Below the pieces are notes generated by a model. It had not been told where the DNA came from. It did not search any database and saw only the letters and a program-made list of their open reading frames with translations. The position numbers were made by a program, and so were the translations under genes. Positions 6,114 to 16,156 of a stretch of DNA of 59,733 nucleotides are shown one piece after another (position 1 is the stretch's first letter; every line of letters begins with the position of its first letter). This stretch comes from a virus (taxonomy: Duplodnaviria > Caudoviricetes), in the IMG/VR virus record IMGVR_UViG_3300043444_000048, positions 1-59,733 of that record; one strand, given 5' to 3'.

Positions 6114-8534
6114 ATGCCATATTTTTATTGGAGCAATCAGTCAACCATATATAGGACTACTGGATATTCTGATGCTAGTCCAAGAAACACTATAACTATA
6201 CCTCTGGGTAGGGCTTCATACTTATATACAACTGGTGGTACAAATAACCCAATCTGGATTCAGCAAGCCAAGATGTATCTTGCAGGTAGGGGTGGAACTA
6301 GGACAGCATCTCTAGTTATTGGAAATTCTACAAGTTCAAGCTTTTCTCTTGCTAACGTTGGAACAGGTACAACAGAACCACAGGCTGTAGATATTGGTTG
6401 GAAGAATGTAGACTATAAATATTCTGGAACTTCTGCAGCGTCAATTTCTGTTGGATATAATACAAACGGAAGTACGTTTTTCGGAAGGTATGGAACTACT
6501 GCAGACACAACAACTTTGTGGGGAAGATGTTTTTATACTCAGGTTCCAACAGCTCCAACAAGCGTCACAGCGTCATCTCTAGCTGCAAACTCTATGACGG
6601 TGTCATGGTCTACACCAAGTGATGATGGTGGTTCACCAGTTTCTGGCTATGTTGTGCACATATCTACATCTTCATCATTTTCTTCTATAACTCTGGCAGA
6701 TGTTGGAAGCACTACATTTTCTGCACAGTTCACTGGCCTGACTTCAGGAACAACTTATTATGCTAGAGTTTTTGCATACAACGAAACGCATTATAATTTT
6801 CAAAACTATCCAATGTCAGTTTCTTCATCAATAGCTTCTTCTGTTATTTCTGCCCCAGCAGCACCAACCTGGACAACAGACACAACTCTTCCAGTTGCTC
6901 AAATAAACTCATCCTACTCAACCTCTGTTTCTGCAACGAATACGAATGCAGATGGATACTCAAAAATCTCTGGTGATTCTTGGATATCTGTATCTAGCAG
7001 CGGTAATGTATCTGGAACTGCTCCATCATCTGTAGGAACTTCATCTGTAACTATTAGGGCGACAGGACCAGGAGGATCTTCCGATAGGACATTCTCTATC
7101 CCAGTTGATGGCCCAGCCCCATCTTGGAATACTTCATCAGCTTTACCTAACGTAAATGTGTCAACATATTACTCGACACAACTTTCTGCATCCAATACAT
7201 CGTCATATTCAAAGTTGTCTGGTGGCACCAATGATTCTTGGGTATCAGTTTCATCGTCGGGCCTTGTAACTGGTACCTCTCCATCAAGCCCATCATCTGT
7301 ATCTTTTACAGTAAGGGCTACAGGAAACAATAAAAATACTGATAGGACATTTACTTTAGATGTTGTTCAGCCATCACCATCTTGGATAACTGGAACCACG
7401 CTCCCTTCTGCACAGCAGTCAGTATCGTATTCTACTAATGTATCTGCATCATACACCTCGTCATACTCTAAGGTTAGTGGTGACTCTTGGATTTCTGTAT
7501 CCTCTTCTGGAACGATATCTGGAACTCCAACAGCTTCTGGTTCTGCATCTGTAACGGTTCGTGCTACAGGACCAACTGGGCTAACATCAGATAGAACCTT
7601 TTCAATATCAGTAGAGTCTGCACCAGTGCCAACGTGGAACACGTCATCGCCACTACCAAGTGTGGTAGTTGGAACAGCATACAACACATCAGTGTCAGCT
7701 ACAAATGCTCAAACATACTCTAAGCTACCTGGTGGCACTAACGATTCTTGGGTGACTGTTTCGTCTAGCGGTCAGGTTTTTGGATCTCCTCCAGAAATTG
7801 GCACTACTATAGTAAAGATTCGAGCCACATCTTCACTAGGCTTGACATCCGACAAAGACTTTTCTATTACAGTGAATGCACCGCTACCAGCTTGGGTAAC
7901 TGGCTCAACTCTAACAGGTGGCAAATCTAACGTTGCTTATTCTGCTACCCTAGTTGCTTCAAACACAACTTCGTATGCAACTTCTGGAACTGTCCCATCC
8001 TGGATAGCTCTGAACACTTCTACGGGTCAATTAAGCGGTACTCCAACTCAAGAGGGAACATACTCTATAACAGTTATACCATCTGGCCCAGGTGGGGTAG
8101 GTCCAAGTAGAACCTTCTCAATTACAATTGCATCTGCTTCACCAGAGTGGATTGACTCAACATTACAAAATACTTTTGCAGTTTTAAATACGCCATACTC
8201 TGACGGATTCTCTGCATCAAATGTTACATCCTCTAGCGGTTATTTAATTACTGGGCTCCCAACAGGTATGACATACAGCTCAAGTACTGGTGCAATATCT
8301 GGTTCTCCAACTCAGACTGGTGCTTTTACAGTACAAGTAACAGCATTCGGTATTGATGGCACTACAATTACTTCCAGTGCTCCGCTTACTGTATTCTACC
8401 CTGGAGAAAGAAAAGGTCTTTCTGGAACATGGTCAAATATATCAGATATGAAACGGTTTAATGGAACTGTTTGGGTACCAGTACAGTTTGTTAAGAGAAA
8501 GACATCTTCTGGTTGGGAAAATGCTTCTAATTAG
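6114..8534 (+). CDS. Ser/Thr-rich adhesin-like virion protein, FN3 plus six putative Ig (He_PIG-like) repeats
   Basis: FN3 motif WSTPSDDGGSPVSGY; six ~85 aa repeats starting P-x-W and mostly containing GxxSGTP and RTFSI. Confidence 0.8.
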   Translation: MPYFYWSNQSTIYRTTGYSDASPRNTITIPLGRASYLYTTGGTNNPIWIQQAKMYLAGRGGTRTASLVIGNSTSSSFSLANVGTGTTEPQAVDIGWKNVDYKYSGTSAASISVGYNTNGSTFFGRYGTTADTTTLWGRCFYTQVPTAPTSVTASSLAANSMTVSWSTPSDDGGSPVSGYVVHISTSSSFSSITLADVGSTTFSAQFTGLTSGTTYYARVFAYNETHYNFQNYPMSVSSSIASSVISAPAAPTWTTDTTLPVAQINSSYSTSVSATNTNADGYSKISGDSWISVSSSGNVSGTAPSSVGTSSVTIRATGPGGSSDRTFSIPVDGPAPSWNTSSALPNVNVSTYYSTQLSASNTSSYSKLSGGTNDSWVSVSSSGLVTGTSPSSPSSVSFTVRATGNNKNTDRTFTLDVVQPSPSWITGTTLPSAQQSVSYSTNVSASYTSSYSKVSGDSWISVSSSGTISGTPTASGSASVTVRATGPTGLTSDRTFSISVESAPVPTWNTSSPLPSVVVGTAYNTSVSATNAQTYSKLPGGTNDSWVTVSSSGQVFGSPPEIGTTIVKIRATSSLGLTSDKDFSITVNAPLPAWVTGSTLTGGKSNVAYSATLVASNTTSYATSGTVPSWIALNTSTGQLSGTPTQEGTYSITVIPSGPGGVGPSRTFSITIASASPEWIDSTLQNTFAVLNTPYSDGFSASNVTSSSGYLITGLPTGMTYSSSTGAISGSPTQTGAFTVQVTAFGIDGTTITSSAPLTVFYPGERKGLSGTWSNISDMKRFNGTVWVPVQFVKRKTSSGWENASN

Positions 8535-9042
8535 GAAAGTCTTTAATAATTAGCTTGGCACTATTTTTCGTAGACCAAGCACTCCAATTTTTCCCACCAT
8601 TAGACATCTGATAAGCAATCTTTGCATTTATTAGAGGATCAAACAAGTCTTTTTCAGAACCTAGACCGTACTTTTCCACCCTGTTATCTCCTAGTGAGCC
8701 AGACATGTTTATTTGAAATAGCCCGTAGCAGTCGCTAGACTTGTTGTATGCCATAGGACGCTTAGTGGATTCCTTAACTGCAATTGCCCAGGCATACTTC
8801 AATGAACTTCCAGAAAAGCCAGCTTCACGAAGAATAGATATTAATTCTTTATCTGATAGCATATGTTTTGGATCATATATAGCCTCTACAATCTTATACT
8901 CTCCACGCTCGAAATTAATCTCTTGTGAGGAGTAGGGCACTGTTAGCTTTTGCATTTCAGTATTAGCTGGCTGCCCCACTATGCTAGAAGCAGTTAGTGA
9001 GACAACCATGCTAATTGAACCAAATAAAATGTTAGTGTTCAT
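8527..9042 (-). CDS. Exported lysozyme-like / lytic transglycosylase protein
   Basis: Signal-peptide-like N-terminus; AIAVKES (catalytic Glu), YGLFQIN, LFDPLINAKIA and WSAWST motifs. Confidence 0.85.
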   Translation of the reverse strand: MNTNILFGSISMVVSLTASSIVGQPANTEMQKLTVPYSSQEINFERGEYKIVEAIYDPKHMLSDKELISILREAGFSGSSLKYAWAIAVKESTKRPMAYNKSSDCYGLFQINMSGSLGDNRVEKYGLGSEKDLFDPLINAKIAYQMSNGGKNWSAWSTKNSAKLIIKDFPN

Positions 9043-9629
9043 TAATTTTTTATTACCCTTACAAAAGAAATTTCACTTTGTGCAAACCAGCTATCAGTTA
9101 GCTTAATAATTTCAGTCTTGGTTCCTGGCTTTCTTGCGTGTACAACTTTGCCATTTCCAATATAAATGCCAACATGATAATACTTTTCAGAATTAAGGTG
9201 CTTAAAAGCCACAATGTCTCCAGGTTTTGGGGTAGAGACATGGGTTCCTGCATATCTAGCCTGTTTGCTAGCAGAATGTTCTAGCTCAACGCCAAGTCCT
9301 TCATAGAACCATCTAGTAAGCCCAGAGCAGTCCCATCCAGACGGAGAAGATCCACTGAAAATATATGGAACACGGTTAACGTATTTCTTTAGCTGCTTGA
9401 TTCTTTTTTCAAGAGCAACGGCGTTTTTTTGTTTGGCAACGCTCTCAGCCATTTTAGCGATGTTTAGCTCACGCTCTTGCTTTACTGCTATCGAGTAGTT
9501 TATTACACTTTGCTGTTTTATATTTGTATTAACGCTTTGGGCGTTATGTCGAATATCTCCAACAGCGATTGATGCAGAACAGCTAACAACTAGCAGCCCT
9601 GCGATTCCTAGTATTGCAATCTTCTTCAA
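9042..9629 (-). CDS. Exported NlpC/P60 peptidoglycan peptidase
   Basis: PYIFSGSSPSGWDCSGL, HVGIYIG and HA catalytic motifs. Start reassigned to the TTG at 9629 (SD AGGAGG), giving a signal peptide MKKIAILGIAGLLVVSC. Confidence 0.9.
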   Translation of the reverse strand: MKKIAILGIAGLLVVSCSASIAVGDIRHNAQSVNTNIKQQSVINYSIAVKQERELNIAKMAESVAKQKNAVALEKRIKQLKKYVNRVPYIFSGSSPSGWDCSGLTRWFYEGLGVELEHSASKQARYAGTHVSTPKPGDIVAFKHLNSEKYYHVGIYIGNGKVVHARKPGTKTEIIKLTDSWFAQSEISFVRVIKN

Positions 9630-9742
9630 GTTGCACCTCCTAAAGCAAAAAGCACCTTTTTTAAGGGTGCCGTTCGGTTGTCTAAATAGTTTAGCACGAT
9701 TTTGGTTAAAAATCAACTGAAATCCTATGTTATAATTAAACA

Positions 9743-10153
9743 ATGGCAACGCTAAGAGGTTCAGCCTCATCTTACGACATTGGGAATGTACCCCCAAGAA
9801 TTAATTGGACTATTGTTCGAGGTGACACAGCCTCATTCAGGGTATATGTAACTGACGACAATAAAGAGGCACTAAATATTCCAGACTGGAATATCTCTAT
9901 GCAGATTAAAAGACCAAACCTAGCAGCTAACCTTGGTAAGATAACCGATGACGCTACGCTAGTTCTTGACCTTACTCCGTCTGCAGACAGCGATGATCTA
10001 GCAGGAGAGTTTACGGTTTCTCTTACAGCTGCACAGTCAGCGATACTTCAAACTGGAGATATTTTTGATATTGAGCTATCCCTTCCACAGGATGAATTAG
10101 TTTGGACTGTTGCCCAGGGCAGTGTAATTATTATTGAGGACGTTACTGCATAA
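9743..10153 (+). CDS. Minor virion protein, BppU-N-like (paralog)
   Basis: WTIVRGDTASFRV, homologous to 2674-3060; leaderless promoter TGTTATAAT 6 nt upstream. Confidence 0.65.
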   Translation: MATLRGSASSYDIGNVPPRINWTIVRGDTASFRVYVTDDNKEALNIPDWNISMQIKRPNLAANLGKITDDATLVLDLTPSADSDDLAGEFTVSLTAAQSAILQTGDIFDIELSLPQDELVWTVAQGSVIIIEDVTA

Positions 10154-10380
10154 TGGCTTCAGTAAAAATTATTGAAGATAAAAAACACAGAGCAAAATCT
10201 CTTAAAGCCATAGATTATGCAATTATAAATGTTGCTAAGCGAGGATGGGCATCAGTCATTGTCGAAGAAGATATCCCGTTTAGAGTAAAATTTACAAATA
10301 TCACAATCCCTGGGTATGGACCAAACAACATTCCTGGTATCGGCATCCAGGTTATTGGATACAGCAACTACATTCTTTAA
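10153..10380 (+). CDS. Hypothetical protein
   Basis: TAATG-coupled ORF within the structural block. Confidence 0.6.
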   Translation: MASVKIIEDKKHRAKSLKAIDYAIINVAKRGWASVIVEEDIPFRVKFTNITIPGYGPNNIPGIGIQVIGYSNYIL

Positions 10381-10408
10381 TGTTTAAAAATCCTGGTATA
10401 CTTGTTAC

Positions 10409-10855
10409 ATGGCCAGAGTATCTATTCCTTATGTAAAGTCACGCTACGAAACAGGTGACAGACCGTCCCAAGAGGACTACGAAGATCTAATTGATACCGT
10501 TGCTGCTCAATCTACCGACCTTGGTACATTTGGTAACAACGAGAATACAGTTAGCGACATCCAAAACCCAACTGTACTGGATAGCTTTGATGCTACCGTA
10601 TGGAGAATGGTTAAGTATATTGTCTCACTATCTAAGACTTCTCAGGGAGACAACTACTTCTACGCCACAGAATTGACCGTACTTGTTGATGGAGAAAATG
10701 TTTCTGTATCAGAGTTCGGAACAATAGACAACGATGGGAATATGGGCACCATAGCTGTCTCTCGGACTGGAAATACTGTAGCACTTACAGTTACCCCAGA
10801 TTCAGTCATTAAGCCAGTTACCGCACGTTTTGCACGTATGGGACTTAAGGCATAA
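10409..10855 (+). CDS. Virion structural protein
   Basis: YETGDRPSQEDYEDLIDT N-terminal motif; C-terminal beta domain resembles the C-terminus of 10876-12600. Confidence 0.65.
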   Translation: MARVSIPYVKSRYETGDRPSQEDYEDLIDTVAAQSTDLGTFGNNENTVSDIQNPTVLDSFDATVWRMVKYIVSLSKTSQGDNYFYATELTVLVDGENVSVSEFGTIDNDGNMGTIAVSRTGNTVALTVTPDSVIKPVTARFARMGLKA

Positions 10856-10875
10856 ATTAAACAGGAGATAACAAA

Positions 10876-12600
10876 ATGGCAACAGTCGTAAAAGACTTTA
10901 AGATTAAAAGCGGTCTGATTGTTGAGGGCACCAGCGGTACCATCAACGGTTATGACATTCTTACAAAGAAAACAGCAGACCAGAACTACATTATTGGTCT
11001 GATTGGTGGAGCTGCAACTTCAGAAGCAACTCCAGATACAGTAGTTCTTCGTGATGAAAACGGAGACTTTTCTGCAAACGTAGTTACTGCCGACCTTGTT
11101 GGTGACGTAACTGGTAACGCAGATACAGCTACTGCACTTGAGACATCTCGCACAATTGAGCTAACTGGTGACGTAACAGGTTCTGTATCGTTCGACGGTA
11201 CTGCAAATGTTCAGATTTCTACAACCCTAGACGGATCATTTGCAACAGACGCAGAGGTTGCTACAGCTAAGGGCGAAGCAATTACTGCTGCTGGAGACTA
11301 CACAGATCAGGAAATCTCTGACCTAGATGCTTCTCTTAAGCTATATGCAGACCAGGCAGAGGCAGACGCAATTTCTGCTGCTGCTCTAGACGCAACAACC
11401 AAGGCAGACCAGGCTGAAGCTGATGCTATCGCTGCAGCTGCACTAGATGCAACCACAAAGGCAAACGCTGCTGAAGCTGCTGCAAAGCTTTACGCAGATG
11501 GTCTTGCTGTCAACTATGACGAAGCTGGTGCAGCTGATGCTGCATTGGTAGACGCTAAGGCATACACTGATGCTGAGGTAGCTGCTCTTGTTGATGGTGC
11601 TCCAGCACTTCTTGACACCCTTAACGAGCTTGCTGCAGCTATTGCTGACAACCCAAACTACGCAACTGACGTTGCCAACCTGGTTGCTAGCAAGGCAGAC
11701 ACAACCTACGTTGACGATGAGATTGCTGCTGCAATCCAGGCTACAACATACACTGCAGGCACAAACATTGACATCACTGGCAATGTAGTATCTGTAACTG
11801 GCCTAGACTCAGCAGACATTTCTGACTTCAACACAGCTGCAGTATCTGCAAACACTGGACTATGGGACACCATTGGTGCAGCTTCGACTGCAGAGACAAA
11901 CGCTAAGTCATACGCTGACGGTCTTGCTGTTAACTATGATGCAGCTGGATCTGCTTCTGCTGCTCAGACGGCTGCCGAGACATTTGCTACCAACGCAATC
12001 AATGCACTAGACACAGATGACATTGAGGAAGGTTCTAGCAACCTATACTACACAACTGGTCGTGCAAAGACTGACGCTGCTGCTCTGCTTGTAGGTGCAA
12101 CCCTTACCAACATCCAGATTACTGGAGATGGAAACGGCCTTACCATTACAGCAGAAAATGGTGTTGCTGACTCAGACACAGACGATCTAGCTGAAGGTAC
12201 ATCTAACTTGTACTTTACTGACCAGAGAGCTGTTGATGCATTGCAAAACACTGACTCTGTATTCAACACAGTAAGCATTGACGAGGTTGCACTTCAGGTA
12301 GCAGCTACACTCTCTGCTCCAACTGCTGGTATTCAGTCAGCTTACACATGGAACACCGCAGATTACACCTCTGCAGAATTCCTTGTAAAGGTTGCATACG
12401 GAACTCACACCGAGGTATCTAAGGTTCTTCTTACCCTAGACACATCAAGCAACATTGCAATCACTGAGTACGCAATTGTTGGCACCAACGGTTCAGCATC
12501 TACCATCTCTGCTAGCGTAGCTGATGGTGTTGTGAGCCTAGACGTAACAACAAACAACAACAACTCTACAGTTACCGTAGTCGGTACACTGCTAGTTTAA
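10876..12600 (+). CDS. Long fibre protein (Ala/Asp-rich coiled coil plus fibre repeats)
   Basis: RTIELTGDVTGSVSFDG, LVDGAPALLDTLNELAAAI and two DTDDxxEGxSNLY(Y/F)T repeats; SD AGGAG. Confidence 0.8.
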   Translation: MATVVKDFKIKSGLIVEGTSGTINGYDILTKKTADQNYIIGLIGGAATSEATPDTVVLRDENGDFSANVVTADLVGDVTGNADTATALETSRTIELTGDVTGSVSFDGTANVQISTTLDGSFATDAEVATAKGEAITAAGDYTDQEISDLDASLKLYADQAEADAISAAALDATTKADQAEADAIAAAALDATTKANAAEAAAKLYADGLAVNYDEAGAADAALVDAKAYTDAEVAALVDGAPALLDTLNELAAAIADNPNYATDVANLVASKADTTYVDDEIAAAIQATTYTAGTNIDITGNVVSVTGLDSADISDFNTAAVSANTGLWDTIGAASTAETNAKSYADGLAVNYDAAGSASAAQTAAETFATNAINALDTDDIEEGSSNLYYTTGRAKTDAAALLVGATLTNIQITGDGNGLTITAENGVADSDTDDLAEGTSNLYFTDQRAVDALQNTDSVFNTVSIDEVALQVAATLSAPTAGIQSAYTWNTADYTSAEFLVKVAYGTHTEVSKVLLTLDTSSNIAITEYAIVGTNGSASTISASVADGVVSLDVTTNNNNSTVTVVGTLLV

Positions 12601-12623
12601 TTAAATAGGAGGATGGGGCAGAA

Positions 12624-12962
12624 GTGACTGCTGAAAACAAAGACTTTAAGGTAAAGCACGGCCTACAGGTTGCTGAGGCAGCTTATGTAGGTGGAAACCT
12701 AGCGGTTTCTGAAGTCTCTGACAGCAGTCACGCTGCTTCTCTAGGTTATCTAAACCTACTTACCGTTGAGGTATCTGCAACTGCCCCATCTTCTATTTTC
12801 TCTGGCAAGCTATGGCTTGATACCACAGAGTCAAGATTAAAGTTTTATCATAACAATGCATGGGTAACCATAGCATCAAAGGCTGACACAGAGCAGGTCG
12901 TAGATCACATTCACGACTATGCTATTGACGGCACAGGCAGAATAATTGAGGTATTGGATTAA
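12624..12962 (+). CDS. Short fibre/adaptor protein (paralog A)
   Basis: KDFKVKHGL N-terminus, GKLWLDT and DHIHD..IDG.GRI shared with the next gene. Confidence 0.7.
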   Translation: MTAENKDFKVKHGLQVAEAAYVGGNLAVSEVSDSSHAASLGYLNLLTVEVSATAPSSIFSGKLWLDTTESRLKFYHNNAWVTIASKADTEQVVDHIHDYAIDGTGRIIEVLD

Positions 12963-13408
12963 TGACAACTATTAGTAAAGATTTTAAGGTTCGTAATGGA
13001 ATTTACGTTACTGGAGATGCTGTTATTGGCGGTACCGCAACAGTTGCTAACCCTACTCTTGCAGCCCACGCAGCAACAAAGAGTTATGTAGATACCGTTG
13101 CTATCCCTGCAATTGGTTCAACAGTTCCAGCAAACCCAATATCTGGACAGCTGTGGCTAGACACTAATGAGTCACGACTAAAAGTTTACTCTGGAACAGA
13201 GTGGATTGCTCTTGCAAATATGAACGATGCAATGCAGCTTCCTGACCACATTCACGATACTTCCATCGACGGAGATGGTAGAATTGTTACAATCTTTACC
13301 GATGGTGGAACACCATTCGGTGCAGCAGTCGCAGATGGTGGAGACCCAACTATCACTATCTGGGAAGGTACATGGACTGGTGGACTAGCCACCGACAACT
13401 TTAACTAA
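12962..13408 (+). CDS. Short fibre/adaptor protein (paralog B) with DGG motifs
   Basis: KDFKVRNG, HAATKSYVD, GQLWLDT, DHIHD and DGGxP repeats. Confidence 0.7.
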   Translation: MTTISKDFKVRNGIYVTGDAVIGGTATVANPTLAAHAATKSYVDTVAIPAIGSTVPANPISGQLWLDTNESRLKVYSGTEWIALANMNDAMQLPDHIHDTSIDGDGRIVTIFTDGGTPFGAAVADGGDPTITIWEGTWTGGLATDNFN

Positions 13409-13457
13409 AAGCATTTATAATTAATGTATTAGTTACACACAACAGGAGAAGTGTTTA

Positions 13458-16154
13458 ATGGCAACTAGAATGCAGCAAAGAAGAGGAACAGCCTCTCAAT
13501 GGACTACTGCTAACCCTATTCTGGCAGCTGGTGAAATTGGTTTTGAATCAGATACTGGCCAGTTTAAGATTGGTGATGGTACCAACTACTGGGCTGACCT
13601 ATCTTACTTCAAGAACATTGACGACCTTGGTGGAAACCTAGACGACTACGTTCCAATTAGCTTGCTCGCTCAGCCAGAAGGTGTTGCCACACTAGATGTA
13701 AATGGTCAGGTACCATCAGATCAGCTTGGAAACGCTGTTACAAGCCTTTCTGGCTACGCTACCGAAACATATGTCAATGATGCAATTGCTGGCGTTGTAG
13801 ACGGTGCTCCTGCCCTCCTAGACACGCTTAACGAAATTGCCACGGCTATTGCTGATGATGAGAACTATGCGGTATCAACAGTAAACTACATTAACCAGCA
13901 AGTAGACGATCTTGAGGTTGCTATTGGTAACGCAATCACTACAGCAGAAACCACAACAAATACCGCAATTGACACATTTGAGCAGAACGTTATTGTTCCT
14001 ATCCAGTCAGATGTAACTACACTACAGTCTAACGTACTAAATCTTGATGGGTCTAAGCAAGACAAGATTGATGGAGTTTCCGACGTTGAGATTGGCTACC
14101 TTGCCAACGTAACATCAGATATCCAAACACAGATTAACGCAAAGGCAGATGGTTCTCACACCCACACTGTAGGAGAAATAACTGGAATCACCGTTTCTGC
14201 TGAAGAAATTAACTCTTTGGTAGGTATCACAGATGATGTCCAAGTTCTTTTGGATGGAAAGGCTGGAGTAATCCACACCCATAGCCTATCTGATATTACA
14301 GATGTAACCGCTACCGTAGCCGAAGTAAACGTTTTGGATGGAATTACAGCCACCACAGCTGAGCTCAACATTCTAACTGGAGCTACTGTAACTGCTCTAG
14401 AGCTAGACACCTTGTCTGGTGCAACATCAAATATTCAAAACCAGCTAGATGATAAAGCTGCTGCAACTCACGTCCACTCTTTGGTAGACGTTACAGACGT
14501 TACTGCAACCACTACAGAAGTAAATTATCTATCTGGAGTGACTTCAGGTCTTCAGTCTCAGCTAGACGACAAGGCAGCAGCTTCACACTCGCATGCAGTA
14601 TCAGACCTTACTGGCGTAACTGTAGATGCTACAGCTATTAACTCGCTATCTGGAGTCCAGGGTAATGTTCAAAGCCAGCTAGATGGAAAGGCTGATGACC
14701 CTCATACACACTTCCTGCAGAATATTACAGATGTGTCTGCAACAGCGTCGGAGGTTAACTACTTGTCTGGAGTAACTTCTGGAATTCAAGGACAGCTAGA
14801 TGCTATTTCTGGAGACGTTTCAGACATCTCTGACGCACTTGTAACGAAGCAAGATAAGGTTGCTGGAATTACCGATACTGAAATTGGCTATCTAGATGGA
14901 GTAACATCTCTCATTCAGCAACAGCTAGATGGCAAGTCTGCAATTGGACACACTCACGGCATTTCAGATGTTTCTGGAGTAACTGCCACTACAACAGAAA
15001 TTAATCACCTTGTTGGTGTATCTAGTGCTATCCAAGACCAACTAGATGATAAGGCTGCAGCAACACACACTCACCCACAATCAGACATTACGGATCTAGT
15101 AGCTGACCTCGCATCTAAGGCAGATTTGGCAGGTGCAACATTCAGCGGTAGCGTAGAAGTTCCAAGCATGACAGTAACTGGTAACCTAGTTGTTCAAGGA
15201 ACCACTACTACAGTAGACACCACAAACTACTCTATTCGTGACAACATGCTATACATGAACCAAGCAGGAGTATTTGCAATTTCTGACGCTATTGGCAATG
15301 GAGCTACAGTTACGTATACTGCACAAGATCATGACTTCCAGGCTGGAGACTATATTGTTGTTACTGGTGTAAATCCATCTGGTTACAATATTGCTGGAAC
15401 AGACTTGCTGACAATAGACTCAGTTACCAATAATACCTTTACTGTAACAAAGTCAGATACTGGAACATATGTTTCTGGAGGTAGTGCCAGAGGAAAGTCT
15501 GCAGCTAACCCAGACCTAGGGTTTGCAGCTGGTAGAACAACCGCAGAGGGGTATGCTCACGCTGGACTGTTCCGTGATGCCTCAGATGCAACATTTAAGT
15601 TTTTTGATGGCTACACACCAGAGCCAGACGAGTCTCTATATATTGATACTGCCCACGCTAGCTTTGCCTTGGCACCAATCGAAGTTGCAGCAGTAACTAC
15701 TGGCGACCTAGACGTATCTGGAGCTGTGTCTGGTATATCTACATCTGATCTGGATGATGTAACGCTGTCTTTTGCATCAGATAAGGATGTTCTTGTCCAT
15801 GACGGTTCTGGCTGGGTAAACAAGTATGTTAACGCAATCCCAACAAAGATTAGTCAAGGATCTGTGGTTAGCAATAACTATGAGCTGGTAGCAGCTGATG
15901 CTGGAAAGATTGTTGAGATCTCAAATGCTAACGCAACTACAGTAACCATTCCAAGTGATGAAACATTCGCAGTAGGATCTATGATTGTTGTGTCTCAGAC
16001 AGGTGCTGGGCAAGTAACAGTTGTAGTCGAAGATTCTGGAATACAGACACTAAACTCTACCCCTGGCAGCAAACTGAGAGCACAATGGTCAGTTGCAACA
16101 TTGCTGAAGCGTTCAGCTAACACATGGCTAGTATACGGAGATTTGGTGGCTTAA
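13458..16154 (+). CDS. Tail fibre with Mtd-N-like N-terminal domain and His-containing fibre repeats
   Basis: QQRRGTASQW...NPILAAGEIGFESDTGQFKIGDG; about seven HxH...D(V/I)T...E(V/I)NYL.GV...Q.QLD.K repeats; conserved C-terminal domain. Confidence 0.85.
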   Translation: MATRMQQRRGTASQWTTANPILAAGEIGFESDTGQFKIGDGTNYWADLSYFKNIDDLGGNLDDYVPISLLAQPEGVATLDVNGQVPSDQLGNAVTSLSGYATETYVNDAIAGVVDGAPALLDTLNEIATAIADDENYAVSTVNYINQQVDDLEVAIGNAITTAETTTNTAIDTFEQNVIVPIQSDVTTLQSNVLNLDGSKQDKIDGVSDVEIGYLANVTSDIQTQINAKADGSHTHTVGEITGITVSAEEINSLVGITDDVQVLLDGKAGVIHTHSLSDITDVTATVAEVNVLDGITATTAELNILTGATVTALELDTLSGATSNIQNQLDDKAAATHVHSLVDVTDVTATTTEVNYLSGVTSGLQSQLDDKAAASHSHAVSDLTGVTVDATAINSLSGVQGNVQSQLDGKADDPHTHFLQNITDVSATASEVNYLSGVTSGIQGQLDAISGDVSDISDALVTKQDKVAGITDTEIGYLDGVTSLIQQQLDGKSAIGHTHGISDVSGVTATTTEINHLVGVSSAIQDQLDDKAAATHTHPQSDITDLVADLASKADLAGATFSGSVEVPSMTVTGNLVVQGTTTTVDTTNYSIRDNMLYMNQAGVFAISDAIGNGATVTYTAQDHDFQAGDYIVVTGVNPSGYNIAGTDLLTIDSVTNNTFTVTKSDTGTYVSGGSARGKSAANPDLGFAAGRTTAEGYAHAGLFRDASDATFKFFDGYTPEPDESLYIDTAHASFALAPIEVAAVTTGDLDVSGAVSGISTSDLDDVTLSFASDKDVLVHDGSGWVNKYVNAIPTKISQGSVVSNNYELVAADAGKIVEISNANATTVTIPSDETFAVGSMIVVSQTGAGQVTVVVEDSGIQTLNSTPGSKLRAQWSVATLLKRSANTWLVYGDLVA

Positions 16155-16156
16155 TT

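Noticed and set aside
9630-9797. N-terminal extension of NlpC/P60 given by the ORF track
   Set aside because: It overlaps the divergent gene and promoters. The SD and signal peptide support the TTG at 9629. Similar over-extended starts were trimmed at 16124, 18808, 27429, 28763, 32463, 53875 and 59055.
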